A stretch of DNA of 64,000 nucleotides from an uncultured bacterium (GCA_963768305.1 CAVYHE010000013.1:1-64000); one strand, 5' to 3'; numbered from the stretch's first letter, positions 1 to 12,033 are shown. Program-made: numbers and translations. Notes: generated by a model not told the origin, from the sequence alone.

Positions 1-768
1 GCACATAAAAGTGCACGATCCGCGGCTTGCAATGGCAAAGATACTGGCGTTGTTCGACAAGAGGAAAACACCATCTAAAGGCATCCATAAGTCAGCTGTC
101 ATTTCAAAAACGGCAAAGATCGGGAACGATTGTTCAATAATGGAAAATGTTTTTATCGGTGAGGGTGCATCTATAGGCGACAAAGTCATTATTTATCCGG
201 GATGCGTTATCGGGAATAACTGCAGGATCGGCAAAGGAACGGTTTTATTTCCGAACGTTGTTGCGTATGAAGATACCGTTGATCGGCGAAAGATGCATCC
301 TGCATGCAGGTGTCATTTTAGGTCCCGATGGCTTCGGTTTCGCGCCGGTTGACGGGAAATATGTGAAGATCCCGCAGATAGGGAATGTTGTCATTGAAGA
401 TGATGTTGAGATCGGCGCCAATTCATGTGTTTCCAGGGCGACAATGGGGTCTACATTAATTAAAAGGGGAACAAAGATCGACAACCTTGTCCATATTGCG
501 CATAACTGCAAGATTGGCGAAGACTGCGCGATCACAGTCGCTTGTTGCGATCGCAGGGAGCACCGAACTAAAGAATCATGTTTCCATTGGCGGTACGGCA
601 GGGATTATGGATCATATCGTGATAGGGGAGAACACAGTGGTCATGGCGAAAGCTGGCGTCACAAAAGATATGCCCGCAAATTCCGTCGTGTCCGGATTTC
701 CGGCGCAGGACCATCAAAAAGAGCTTGAGCAGCTCGCCGCAATAAGAAAACTTCCCGGCGATCATTAA
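1..768 (+). CDS. lpxD: UDP-3-O-acyl-glucosamine N-acyltransferase (5' truncated, split by indels)
   Basis: Hexapeptide repeats, [27 protein letters not shown] spread over ORFs 11..352, 258..728 and 487..768. Confidence 0.92.
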
Positions 769-811
769 AAAAATATCGGAGATAGAAAACTTGCTTAAAA
801 AGCAATACAAA

Positions 812-1907
812 ATGAACATCGCTTTTTTTTCCGAATCATACAAGCCATATTTGAGCGGCGTTACCAACTCCATTGAAACTTTGAAAAAAGGACTGGAAGA
901 ACTCGGCCACAATGTGATGGTTTTCTCGCCCGGCTATCCGGGCTCTCAAAACATGCCGAATGTATTCAGGTTCCCCTCTATCCCTGCGCCGTATCCGGGC
1001 TACAGGTTATCGATCCCCATTCCCGGAAAATATTTCGATAAATTAAAGGATATCGACATCATCCATTCCCATTCCCCATACCAGCTCGGCCTTCTTTCCA
1101 GGCATTATGCGGGGAAACTTGACGTGCCGTTCATTTTTACGATGCATACGATGCTGGGGAAATACATGCATTACGTGCCCCTTGTGCCAGACAAGCTTCT
1201 GGATGCCATCTCAACCGGATACTATCAAATGGTTCTGCAACAGATGCGACCGCATTATCGTCCCAACGGAGAAAATAAAAAAAGAACTGGCCGGAACGGG
1301 AATCAGGACTGGCATTGAAGTCGTCCCGACCGGGGTCGACCTGGACCTGATCAGATCGGAAAACCCGTCTTTCGTAAGGCGAAAACACGGCATTCCGGAA
1401 CACGGGAAAGTGCTTCTTTTCGCCGGCAGGCTGGCAAAAGAAAAAAACCTCCCGTTCCTATTCAAGGCTTTTGAAACGATCATTTCTCAAAGCGAAGACA
1501 CATATCTTCTTCTGGCAGCAGGCGGGCCTATGAGGAAAGAACTCGAAAAGATCGCACCAAAGAATGTGATCTTTGCCGGAGAGATAAAATATCCCGAAAT
1601 ACTCGATTATTATGCCGCGAGCGACATATTTGTTTTTTCGTCGCTTTCCGAAACTCAGGGGCTCGTACTTGTTGAAGCCATGGCTTCCGGCCTTCCGCAA
1701 GTGGCCGTGGATGCCGAAGGAGTTTCAGATGTAGTAAGGAACGGAAAGACCGGATATTTAACGCAGCTTTCTATCGATGGATTTTCATCAAAGGTCTTGG
1801 ACCTGCTGGGAGATGCGGCTCTGCGGCGAAAAATGTCAGATGCTTCAAAAGATGTCGCCAAGATCGGAATATTCCAAAAGAGTCTTTCGCAAGCAAAATT
1901 GAATTGA
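812..1907 (+). CDS. GT4 family glycosyltransferase (frameshifted)
   Basis: MNIAFFSESYKPYLSGV, IHSHSP, FAGRLAKEKN, SETQGLVLVEAMASGLP in two overlapping ORFs. Confidence 0.88.
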
Positions 1908-1935
1908 TTTACAAAAATGTGATATAATCCGCCCG

Positions 1936-2679
1936 ATGATCAAACCAAAAAAGATCGCGGCATTACTTCTTGTTTTTTCCTTAATTTCTTATCCTGCTTT
2001 TTCATTTGTTCCCCAGCCTACGCCTGACGTGATCGGCAAGCACAGGGGTCGTAAGGATCCCTTCTGCTGACGTTATCCCGTATAAAAATGTTGATTTCGG
2101 GCTTGATACAGGGAGCAACTACAGTGAAGATAAATTTTCCATGTATTATCATTTTAATCTTGGCGTATTCCAGGGAATGGAACTTGGCTGCGTCGGAATG
2201 GATAACAGGATGGGCGCGATGCAGGAAGGCGTTTTCATTAACATGAAATACAGCCTTGCCACAGACACTTCTCCATACCCGCTCCTTCTTGCCATAGGAG
2301 TGGAGAACCTGGCGTCTTTCAACAGATGCGATGTTTACATGATGGCTACAAAATATTTTCAGAACGGCTTTCAGACTTCATTTTGGGTTTCTCGGAGACT
2401 TTCCGGGATTGACCGAATAGCAGATTCAGGCCTCTTGGCGCACTGGGATTTGACGCTCCCGTATTTTGGGATAATTTTTATTTCCTTACGGACATGATGG
2501 CGGGCGAGTCATTGTATGAATTGAACCTTGGGATAAGATGGTATTATTCAGATACGGTCGCATTTAGCCTTAGCGGATTAAATGTCCTTGCAGATGACAA
2601 CAGGAGTGCAGCCGACAAAGCGGCAGATAAAGACCCGAAGTCCGTGCTTATCGGGATCTCCTGGATAAATCCACTCTAA
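1936..2679 (+). CDS. Probable exported/outer-membrane beta-barrel protein (frameshifted)
   Basis: Signal-peptide-like start at ATG 1936; amphipathic beta-strand pattern in ORFs 2141..2497 and 2494..2679. Confidence 0.5.
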
Positions 2680-2695
2680 AAAATCCAAAGTTCAA

Positions 2696-3532
2696 ATGTC
2701 AAATCTCAAACAGCAAACAATAAAAAATGAAATATCGATTTCCGGCACAGGATTACATACAGGAAAGCCTGTTAATATTAATTTCATTCCTGCCAAGGCC
2801 GACTCCGGCATCAATTTTATCAGGACCGACCTGCCTGGGCGTCCGCGAATAAAAGCGGATATTCGCAATGTCTCAAGCACCATAAGAGGAACGAGCCTAT
2901 CGCACAATGGCAGATCACCGTTAATACAGTTGAACATGTGCTTTCGGCATTGTTCGCGCTTTCGATCACGAACATTGACATTGAGATGGACGGGACGGAG
3001 CCGCCTGCGCTGGACGGCAGCTCAAAACAATATTGCGAATTGATCTTAAAGGCAGGGATAATCCGTCAGGGGTCCAGGGTCAAATGCGTTAATATCAACC
3101 AAACCGGTCATCGAAATGAGCGGGGATAAATGTATCATCGCGCTCCCTTCAGATAGATTTACGGTCAGTTTTATGATAAACTACCCGGTCAGCTTTATTG
3201 GAACTCAATTTTATGTTCTTGATCTCAATGCATCAAGATTTACCAGAGAGATCGCTCCGGCAAGGACTTACGGGTTCCTGGATGAGCTGGAAACTCTTAA
3301 TAAACAAGGACTTGCCCTTGGCGCCAATACCGATAATGCGGTCGCTATCGGAAACGGCGGCTACATGACAAAGCTGAGATTCAAGAACGAGCTTGTAAGA
3401 CATAAGATCCTGGATTTGATCGGAGACCTGTCGCTTTTAGGGGCGCAGATAAAAGGGCGGATAATAGGCATCAGATCCGGCCATGAGCTGAACATACGAT
3501 TCGCGAAAAGATTGTTAAAGGAGGTCGGTTAA
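2696..3532 (+). CDS. lpxC: UDP-3-O-acyl-GlcNAc deacetylase (frameshifted)
   Basis: [47 protein letters not shown] across three ORFs. Confidence 0.93.
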
Positions 3533-3566
3533 GATCATTAATTTACTTGGAGGGAAAAAGGAGCAT

Positions 3567-3990
3567 ATGGATATTGGCGACATACTGCGGACACTTCCGC
3601 ACAGATTCCCTTTCCTTTTGGTGGACAAGGTCATTGAACTTGAGGAAGGACGCCGCGCTGTTGGGATTAAAAATGTGACGATCAATGAGCCGTTCTTCCA
3701 GGGGCATTTTCCCGGACTGCCGATAATGCCCGGCGTCCTGATACTGGAAGCAATGGCCCAATTAGGCGCTGTTATTGCTCTGAAGATGCCGGAAAACGAA
3801 GGGAAACTGGTTTATTTCGCGGGAATAGACCAGGTCCGGTTCAGGAAACCTGTTATTCCGGGCGACCAGCTGCGAATAGAAGTGGAAGCGATAAAAATGA
3901 AAGGCACTATCGGAAAGCTTAAATGCACCGCAAAAGTTGAAGGCGATGTTGTTGCGGAAGGCGAAATCTTATTTTCACTTGAACGACAGG
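3567..3990 (+). CDS. fabZ: 3-hydroxyacyl-ACP dehydratase domain (possibly fused to LpxA)
   Basis: [37 protein letters not shown]; end approximate. Confidence 0.93.
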
Positions 3991-4860
3991 TTAAGCTCCG
4001 AGCCAAAGATACATCCTACCGCATCGGTCCACCCATCCGTTCAGTTCGGAAAAAACGTGGACATAGGACCTTATGTTGTCATAGGACCCGACGTAAAGAT
4101 AGGCGACAACACGAAGGTCGGCTCACATTCTATTATCAGAAAATGGACCACTATCGGGGCTGATAATATCATCCATCACAATGTTTCTATCGGCCTTCCG
4201 CCGCAGGATTACAAATATAAAGGCGAAAAGAACGAGATCATTATCGGCGACAGGAATATTATCAGGGAATTCGCGACCATCCATCTGCCTTCGGGCGAAG
4301 GAACAAAGACAATTATCGGCAATGAGAATTTCATCATGGTTTACGCTCATATTCCGCATAACTGCAGAGTTGGGAATCAGGCGGTTATCGGAGGGTATGT
4401 GGGGTTGGGCGGGCATACGGTCGTCAACGATCAGGTGGTTATCGGCGGCCTTGCCGGCATCCACCAGGGGACCAGGATCGGGCGGCTCGCAATGATCGGA
4501 TCTTCCTCAAAAGTGGCCCAGGACATACCGCCGTTCATGCTTTTTGACGGGAACCCGGGCTATGTGAGAGGGCTGAATTTGATCGGCATGCAGAGGCGCG
4601 GGATATCCGAGGAAGCCCAGGCCGAGATCAAGAAATGCTTCAAAATACTTTACATATCCAGAACGAACATAAAGAATGCCGTTGAGGAGATAAGGAAAAA
4701 AACCAAAGCGCTGGATGAGGTCGATCAGCTGGTCGATTTCCTTGAGGCTGAAAGCGTAAGGGGCATAAGCAAGAAAAGGGAAGGGGCCGAAGCTATCATA
4801 GAGGACACGGATATTGAGAAAGAGCTTCTGTTCCCGGACATTCCTGAGATCGGCATCTAG
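3980..4860 (+). CDS. lpxA: UDP-GlcNAc O-acyltransferase domain
   Basis: [43 protein letters not shown]; no own ATG/RBS seen, start approximate. Confidence 0.92.
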
Positions 4861-4861
4861 C

Positions 4862-5981
4862 ATGGCCCCAAAGATCATGATGTCCGCGGCCGAAGTTTCC
4901 GCGGACCTTTTTGGAAGCCGCCTGGCCGAAGAGCTTAAAGGATGCGAGCTTTTCGGGATGGGCGGCGAAAAAATGCGCCGGGCCGGCGTGGATGTCAGGA
5001 TCGATATCACCGAAAAAAGTTCAATAGGGATCGTAGAAGCATTAAAGTATATTCCCCAGCATTTATCCACTCTCAGATATTTAAAAAAAATGTTGATCCG
5101 CGAAAAACCGGACGCCCTGATCTTGATCGACGCGCAGGGGATAAACATGCCTCTGGCTGAATATCGCAAAAAGCAAAGGGATTAAAGACGATCTATTACA
5201 TTGCTCCGCAGGAATGGCTCTGGGGGACGAAAAAAGGCGTTCATAAAGTCGTAAGCATAATCGATCTGATAATCTCGATCTTCAAAAAGGAACATGAAAT
5301 TTTTAAAGCAGCCGGAGGCAATTCTGTATTTATTTCGGCCATCCACTTCTTGATGCAGTTAAATCCAGCATGGGCAAGGTGGATTTTTGCAGGAAATTCG
5401 GTTTAAATGCGCAGGAAAAAATAATCGCTTTATGCCCGGGAAGCAGGTATCACGAGATCAAAATTTCCTTTCCATTCTGTTGGATGTCGCCGGCAGGATG
5501 AAGGGAGCGCAATTCGTTCTGCCGGTTTCATCATCAAAATTCAAAATTGAGATAGAAAGCAAGATCGCAAAACTCCCGATAAAGATCATGCGTGATCGAA
5601 GGATACAATCATGATGTTCTGGCAAATTCCGACCTTGTTATTGCGAAATCCGGTACTATTGTGCTTGAGAGCATCCTTTTGATCACGCCCGTGATAATGT
5701 TTTACAAGCTTTCTCCGATCACATATTGGATAGGCAAGAATTTTCTGGGGATAAAGATGAAGTTTTACAGCATGCCTAACATTTTGGCGGATAAAATGGT
5801 CGTTCCGGAGTTCGTGATGAAGGATGCGACCGCGGAGAACATATATAATGAAGCGGTCAGGATCCTTGCCGATCCTGAAAAGGCTAAAGCAGACTACGCC
5901 GAGGTCCGTGCGCTCCTTGGGGAACCGGGTGCGACAAAAAAAGCGGCGGAGAAAATATTGGAGTTTATCAAGGCAATATAG
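4862..5981 (+). CDS. lpxB: Lipid-A-disaccharide synthase (split by several indels)
   Basis: IMMSAAEVSAD, GMGGEKM, PGSR, KSGTIVLE, SMPNILAD; position after lpxA. Confidence 0.88.
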
Positions 5982-5995
5982 TATAATCCCCGCCG

Positions 5996-6683
5996 ATGAA
6001 AGTTAAATACCAGAAAATCCTCCTCAAGCTCTCCGGTGAAGTTTTCGGCGGCGTTCAAAAATACGGGATAGACCCCCAGGTTATGGATGTAATTGCCGAA
6101 GAGATCAGAGACCATCCACAAGCTAAAAGTCGACATCGCGATAGTCGCGGGAGGCGGCAATATATTCAGAGGGGTGGCCGGAAGCGCGAAGGGAATGGAC
6201 AGGGCGACCGGCGATTACATGGGAATGCTGGCCACCGTCATAAACGCGCTCGCTCTCCAGGACGCGCTCGAAAAAAAAGGCGTTGACAGCCGCGTTCAGA
6301 CCGCAATTGAAATGAAATCCATAGCCGAACCTTTCATCAGGAGACGCGCCATGCGCCACATGCAAAAAGGCCGCGTCGTCATACTGGCCGCGGGAACGGG
6401 AAACCCTTATTTCACAACAGATACAGCGGCATCGCTTCGGGCGGCGGAACTCGATGTTGACGTGATATTAAAAGCCACAAAAGTTGATGGAGTGTACGAC
6501 AAGGATCCGATGCGGTATTCTAACGCGAAAAAATTCAAGACACTTACATATATGGATGTTCTGAACAAAAGGTTGAAGGTCATGGATGCGACAGCCGCGT
6601 CGCTTTGCATGGACAACAATATCCCGATAGTCGTTTTTGATGTGACAAAGCGCGGCAACATTGAAAAGGTTGTCACTGGGTAA
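5996..6683 (+). CDS. pyrH: UMP kinase (frameshifted)
   Basis: [34 protein letters not shown]. Confidence 0.95.
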
Positions 6684-6716
6684 GCCCGTAGGAACGACGA
6701 TCACAAAGGATTAAAT

Positions 6717-7271
6717 ATGGATGAAATAACTAGATTAGCCGAAGAAAAGATGAAAAAGACGCTTGAAACCCTTAAAAAGGATTTTGCCGCGATAAGGACG
6801 GGAAGGGCGTCGCCTTCACTTCTCGATCATATCAATGTTGAATACTACGGAACAGCCGTTCCCTTGAAACAACTTGCGAATATTTCGGTCCCGGAACCGA
6901 GGCAGTTGGTTATCCATCCGTTCGATAAAAATTCTGTAAAGGAGATCGAAAAAGCGCTCCAAAAATCCGATCTGGGGCTTAATCCTAATTCGGAGGGCGG
7001 TCTGATAAGACTTAACATGCCCCAGCCGACCCAGGAAAGACGGAATGAGCTTGTGAAAGTAGTGAAGAAAGAAGCGGAAAATTCCAAGGTCTCTCTCCGG
7101 AATATCAGAAAAGATCTTATAACGGAAGTTAAAACAAGGGCCGAGTCTGAAAAATGGTCGGAGGACAAGAAGAAAAAGGAAGAAGACGAGATACAGGGAG
7201 TCACCAATAAATTCACTATTGAGATCGATAAACTGTCTGCGGCAAAAGAAACAGAAATAATGTCCATCTAA
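6717..7271 (+). CDS. frr: Ribosome recycling factor
   Basis: IRTGRASPSLLD, VEYYGT; pyrH-frr-uppS-cdsA synteny. Confidence 0.96.
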   Translation: MDEITRLAEEKMKKTLETLKKDFAAIRTGRASPSLLDHINVEYYGTAVPLKQLANISVPEPRQLVIHPFDKNSVKEIEKALQKSDLGLNPNSEGGLIRLNMPQPTQERRNELVKVVKKEAENSKVSLRNIRKDLITEVKTRAESEKWSEDKKKKEEDEIQGVTNKFTIEIDKLSAAKETEIMSI

Positions 7272-7274
7272 TAA

Positions 7275-8025
7275 ATGGAAGCCCAAAACCCAAAATCCAA
7301 AACCCAAATGAAATCCCAAATCCAAAATCCTAAATTCCAAAAAAGACCAACGCATATCGCTATTATCATGGACGGGAACGGCAGATGGGCGAAGAAACGC
7401 GGATTACCTAGAATTGAAGGGCACAGAAGAGGGGCGGAGTCGCTCAAAGAAGCCGTAAAAGCGTGCATGGAATTCGGCGTAAAATATCTCACGGTTTACG
7501 CTTTTTCCACGGAGAACTGGAGCCGCCCGAAAGAGGAAGTCGATTTCTTAATGGAGCTTCTTCTCCTGACGATAGATCGGTGAGATCGACGAATTAATAC
7601 GTAACGGAGTCAAACTTCGCTTCCTCGGCAGGATATCGATACTTCCCGAAAAACTTCAAATGAAGATCCGCTCAGCGGAGGAGAAAACACTGAAGAACGA
7701 AAAATTGAACCTGAACATAATGCTAAGCTACGGCGGACGGGCCGAACTGGTTGATGCCATAAAATCAATAGTTAAAAATCATCCTAAAAATGCTACAATC
7801 GACGAAGAGACAGTAGCATGTCATTTATATACGGCGGGAATACCTGATCCGGACCTGCTGATCCGGACCGCGGGCGAGATGCGGGTGAGCAATTTCATGC
7901 TCTGGCAGATAGCTTACTCGGAAATATGGGTAACAGACGTCCTTTGGCCCGATTTCAGGAAAAAGCATCTTCAGGAAGCGATAGACGATTACAGCGGCAG
8001 GGTAAGGAAATTCGGAGGGCTTTAA
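7275..8025 (+). CDS. uppS: Isoprenyl transferase/undecaprenyl diphosphate synthase (frameshifted)
   Basis: [42 protein letters not shown]. Confidence 0.94.
7283..7342 (+). repeat. Degenerate ~7-nt tandem repeat (CCAAAAT/CCAAAAC-like) in the uppS 5' end
   Basis: ccaaaacccaaaatccaaaacccaaatgaaatcccaaatccaaaatcctaaattccaaa. Confidence 0.7.
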
Positions 8026-8825
8026 TGCTCCCAAGGATATTGACCATCATCGTAACAGTGCCGGTAATAGTCGCGTGCACTTATTACGGCGGCTGGGGAT
8101 TTTTCATACTTGTTACCGCTCTTGCGCTGCTTTCCCTTAATGAGTTCTATTCGCTCATGAACAAGAAAGGCTATTCTCCTTCATATCTTGTCGGGTTCAT
8201 CGCGACCATATTTTTTACATGGTTCACTACTTACACATTGAAGCATCCGCACTGGGAACCGTACGCCACCGGGATCCTCACGACAGCGATCATCATCACG
8301 TTTTCGGCAGGTATATTCCTGAAAAAAGCGCAGGACTCAACAGTTAACGCATCCATCACCCTGCTTGGAATACTATATATCGGCTGGCTTTTCAGCTACC
8401 TGATACTGATAAGGGAAATGACGCTTCACGGTGCATATCTATTCTTTCTGATAATCGCCGTTTGGGCGTGCGATGTGACCGCGTACCTGGTCGGAACATA
8501 TCTCGGGAAGGTCAAACTCAGCCCGTTCATCAGCCCGAAAAAAACCGTTGAAGGAGCCGTCTCGGGGCTTATCGTTGCAGTGATCGCGGCGGCGATATTC
8601 AGTAAACTTATCGGAATGAGCTTGATCCACGGCATAATCCTCGGGGCCGTGATCGGTATAGTGGGGCAAATAAGCGATCTTGTTGAGTCTCTCATAAAAC
8701 GCGATGCCGGAGTGAAGGACTCCAGCCACATCGTTCCGGGACATGGCGGGGTGCTGGACAGGATGGACAGCTTCATCCTTACCGCACCGATAATGTACTA
8801 TTACATATCCTGGTTCGTCCCATGA
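8025..8825 (+). CDS. cdsA: Phosphatidate cytidylyltransferase
   Basis: ISPKKTVEG, DLVESLIKRDAGVKDS, PGHGGVLDRMDS; ATG overlaps uppS stop. Confidence 0.95.
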   Translation: MLPRILTIIVTVPVIVACTYYGGWGFFILVTALALLSLNEFYSLMNKKGYSPSYLVGFIATIFFTWFTTYTLKHPHWEPYATGILTTAIIITFSAGIFLKKAQDSTVNASITLLGILYIGWLFSYLILIREMTLHGAYLFFLIIAVWACDVTAYLVGTYLGKVKLSPFISPKKTVEGAVSGLIVAVIAAAIFSKLIGMSLIHGIILGAVIGIVGQISDLVESLIKRDAGVKDSSHIVPGHGGVLDRMDSFILTAPIMYYYISWFVP

Positions 8826-9664
8826 AAAAAGCCGAAGAGATAAAAATGCTCGTACTGGATTCAGTTATCCTTGCCCTGCGCGAGGATATCGGTAACGGAG
8901 ATGTCACAACAAATTCGATCGTTCCGCCGGAAATAAAAGCTTTTGCAAAGATAATCATCAAAGAAAGCGGCGTGATCTGCGGGCTTTCCATCGCTCGGCT
9001 GATATTTCAATCACTGAACAAGAACATTATTTTTTCCGCAAAAGTAAAGGACGGCGATATCGTTAAAAAAGGCTCTGTTGTTGCGACAATCAAAGGTTCA
9101 GCAAGGACAATATTGACAGGCGAAAGGACGGCGCTCAATTTCCTGCAGCGGCTTTCCGGCATATCGACACTCACAAATAAATTCGTCAAAGCCGCAGGCA
9201 AAAAGATCAAGATACTGGACACGAGAAAAACTACCCCCGGACTTCGCGTCCTGGAAAAATACGCCGTGAAAATGGGCGGCGGACACAATCACAGGATAGG
9301 CCTTTTTGACGCGGTACTGATAAAAGATAATCATATCGCCGTTGCAGGAGGATTGAAGAACGCGGTGAATAGGGCAAAAAGCAAGAACGATCATATCGAG
9401 GTCGAAGCAGAAAATATCAGACAGGTCAGGGATGCGATCGATTCAGGTGCCTCAAGGATACTTCTTGATAACATGAGCGTGCCTGAGATCAAAAAAGCTG
9501 TCCGGCTCATCAAATGGTCAGATCCGAAGATCGAAACTGAGATCTCCGGCGGCATAACGTTAAGGAACATAGGCAGCTTTGCGAGGACCGGAGCGGATTA
9601 TATATCGATTGGTGCTCTCACCCATTCTGCTCCAGCTCTGGATATAAGCCTAAAGGTCGTTTGA
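8822..9664 (+). CDS. nadC: Quinolinate phosphoribosyltransferase
   Basis: EDIGNGDVT, DTRKTTPG, LIKDNH, ILLDNM, GALTHS. Confidence 0.96.
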   Translation: MKKAEEIKMLVLDSVILALREDIGNGDVTTNSIVPPEIKAFAKIIIKESGVICGLSIARLIFQSLNKNIIFSAKVKDGDIVKKGSVVATIKGSARTILTGERTALNFLQRLSGISTLTNKFVKAAGKKIKILDTRKTTPGLRVLEKYAVKMGGGHNHRIGLFDAVLIKDNHIAVAGGLKNAVNRAKSKNDHIEVEAENIRQVRDAIDSGASRILLDNMSVPEIKKAVRLIKWSDPKIETEISGGITLRNIGSFARTGADYISIGALTHSAPALDISLKVV

Positions 9665-9665
9665 T

Positions 9666-10766
9666 ATGGGATTTTCTCTCGGGATAGTAGGCCTTCCGAA
9701 CGTGGGCAAGTCCACACTTTTCAATGCCATATCCCGCGCGTGCGCTGAAGTATCGAATTATCCATTCTGCACAAAAAGCAAGAACCTCGGCGTAGTCCCT
9801 GTCCCCGATGAACGCCTTGTTAAAGTTCAAGCTTTCATGAAGTCCGCCAAAGCAATCCCAACCTCAGTTGAATTTGTCGACATAGCCGGCCTCGTGAAGA
9901 ACGCTCATAAAGGAGAGGGGCTTGGCAATCAATTCTTGTCGTATGTAAGGGAAGTTGATGCGATCGCACATGTCGTGAGATGTTTCCCGGATTCGAACAT
10001 CACACACGTCGAAGGAAATGTCGATCCGATCCGCGACATGGACATAGTGAACACCGAATTGGTCCTTGCCGACCTGACTACTGTCGAAAAAAGATGGCAC
10101 GCGCTCAAAAGTTCCGTCAAAACCGGGAAAAAAGAAATAGTTAAGGAGCTTGAAGCAATTGAAAAGGTCAAAACCTGCCTTGAAAAAGGGCAATTTCTCA
10201 GGCTGGCGCAATTGACAGATGAAGAAAAACATCAGATCTCCGACCTTCATCTTCTCACGCTCAAGCCGGTCATGTACATTGCGAACGTAGATGAGATTCA
10301 GCTGAAAACCTTGGAGGACACTCCCGAGATCCAAAAAATAAAAGGTCTGGTAAGTAAAGAAAATGCCGCTTTCATTACGATTTGCGCAAAACTTGAGATG
10401 GACATCGAAGAACTTTCGGACGAGGAAGCGAAGGAGTATGAAAAGGAGGCGGGCATCGCTGAAATGGGGCTTAATAAGGTTATCGGAGGCGGGTACAAGC
10501 TTCTGGACCTCATCACTTTTTTCACGGCAAACGAGAAAGAATGTCGTGCGTGGACCGTAAGGCGCGGAGCAAAGGCCCCCGAAGCGGCCGGGAAAGTCCA
10601 TACTGACATGCAGAAAGGTTTTATTTCGGCGGAGATCATACATTATTCGGATCTCGCGAAAGCAGAAACGCACGCAAAGGCAAGGGAAAAAGGGCTGATC
10701 CACCTGGAAGGCAGGGATTATATTGTCACGGATGGCGATCTGGTTTACATTAGATTCAATGTGTAA
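9666..10766 (+). CDS. ychF: Redox-regulated ATPase YchF
   Basis: GIVGLPNVGKSTLFN, NYPFCT, DIAGLV, GEGLGNQFL, C-terminal TGS domain. Confidence 0.96.
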   Translation: MGFSLGIVGLPNVGKSTLFNAISRACAEVSNYPFCTKSKNLGVVPVPDERLVKVQAFMKSAKAIPTSVEFVDIAGLVKNAHKGEGLGNQFLSYVREVDAIAHVVRCFPDSNITHVEGNVDPIRDMDIVNTELVLADLTTVEKRWHALKSSVKTGKKEIVKELEAIEKVKTCLEKGQFLRLAQLTDEEKHQISDLHLLTLKPVMYIANVDEIQLKTLEDTPEIQKIKGLVSKENAAFITICAKLEMDIEELSDEEAKEYEKEAGIAEMGLNKVIGGGYKLLDLITFFTANEKECRAWTVRRGAKAPEAAGKVHTDMQKGFISAEIIHYSDLAKAETHAKAREKGLIHLEGRDYIVTDGDLVYIRFNV

Positions 10767-10779
10767 TATAATTTTCGGC

Positions 10780-12033
10780 ATGAAGGACCTTAAGCGGATA
10801 TCACTGCTTATTTTTGTGATATGCTTGGCTTCTTTTGGTGCCGCCGCTGTTCTGCAATTAGACATTATTTCCCCAAAAGATAAAACAATAACATGGTCGA
10901 CAAGGGCGCCCATAGAAATAGTGGCGCCAAAAGCAAAAAAAGTTGATATTAACGGGACCATTGCTGACATAGAGGAAACGGGGGGTTTCAGCGCCATGGC
11001 ACTGTTAAAACCCGGTAAAAACGTAATTCTTGCAAAAGCCGTATTTCCTGACGGGAAAATATCGTCAGTAAGAGTGAGGGTCCTGCGGATGGTGACGTGC
11101 TATGATATCGAATCGTTGTTCAAAGGCATGCGGCACTGGGCCAAAAAACAGGTTGTGACACTATTAACTCTCGGAATAATTGAAGGCTACCCGGACAATA
11201 CGTTCCAACCCGAAAGATCATTATCAAGGGGCGAATTCGCGACATGGCTGGCCCGCGCAAAAGAATTAAAAACTTTCCCGCAGAAAAAGGATGAATTTTA
11301 TGATGTTCCCAAAGAACAATGGAGAGCGCCGCAAATAAAAGCTGTTGTGGAAAAAGGTTATATGAAAGGCCTGAAGGGCAACAGGTTCGGCATAGATGAA
11401 AAAATAAGCCGGGCTGATGCCGTCATTGCAGTAGCGAAAGCGAACGGCCTTAAACCTTTAAAACTGTCCAAAAGCCCTTTTAGCGATATCAAGCCGGGTT
11501 CCGAAGGAGCTAATTATATTTTATTGGCGTTCAATAAAGGCTGGATCATGGGTCTCCCCGGAAAGGTCCACAGATTTGAGCCGAAAAGGCCTATTACAAG
11601 AGGCGAGATCGCTATGCTTCTTTCCAGGCTTTCGAACATAAAGGAGCTCCGCAAGTCAATGAATGATTTTAACGTCGGATATTCCGGCGACCGCCTCAGC
11701 AAGATCAGCACGAAGCCGGTCATAGTTTACAGCTCATCGGACCCTGTCAGCATCGTTGCCGGCTCGAGAACGCCGGTCAAAATTTCCGCGAGAGTTTCAG
11801 ATGCACAGGGACCATCCGACATCTCCCTTGTTTGGGCGGATCTTTCCCAGTTGGGCGGGCCGAATGATGCTATAATGAAATTAATGAGGAATGGAAAATA
11901 TGAGATCAGATTTATCGTGAAACCTGAAACCGGACCAGGGGAGAAAGAGATATTCATAAGGGCGTTGGATAGGAGCGGGTTAAAGTCGCGCATATCCACC
12001 ATTAAGATCACGATCATTAAAAGGAAAACATGA
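10780..12033 (+). CDS. Secreted S-layer homology (SLH) domain protein
   Basis: Signal peptide; three SLH repeats (GYPDNTFQPERSLSRGE, FGIDEKISRAD, FEPKRPITRGE). Confidence 0.8.
   Translation: MKDLKRISLLIFVICLASFGAAAVLQLDIISPKDKTITWSTRAPIEIVAPKAKKVDINGTIADIEETGGFSAMALLKPGKNVILAKAVFPDGKISSVRVRVLRMVTCYDIESLFKGMRHWAKKQVVTLLTLGIIEGYPDNTFQPERSLSRGEFATWLARAKELKTFPQKKDEFYDVPKEQWRAPQIKAVVEKGYMKGLKGNRFGIDEKISRADAVIAVAKANGLKPLKLSKSPFSDIKPGSEGANYILLAFNKGWIMGLPGKVHRFEPKRPITRGEIAMLLSRLSNIKELRKSMNDFNVGYSGDRLSKISTKPVIVYSSSDPVSIVAGSRTPVKISARVSDAQGPSDISLVWADLSQLGGPNDAIMKLMRNGKYEIRFIVKPETGPGEKEIFIRALDRSGLKSRISTIKITIIKRKT

Noticed and set aside
1..8025. Mass pseudogenisation or programmed frameshifting of lpxD, lpxC, lpxB, pyrH and uppS
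   Set aside because: Single-base indels hit many essential genes with intact motifs on both sides (also rpe, the kinase, the dehydrogenase and the secretin); best explained as long-read consensus errors.
9864..10997. 377-aa minus-strand ORF and other long antisense ORFs (4507..5169, 50070..50681, 61125..61832, 62172..62957)
   Set aside because: They are shadows of well-supported genes on the opposite strand, with no recognisable motifs.
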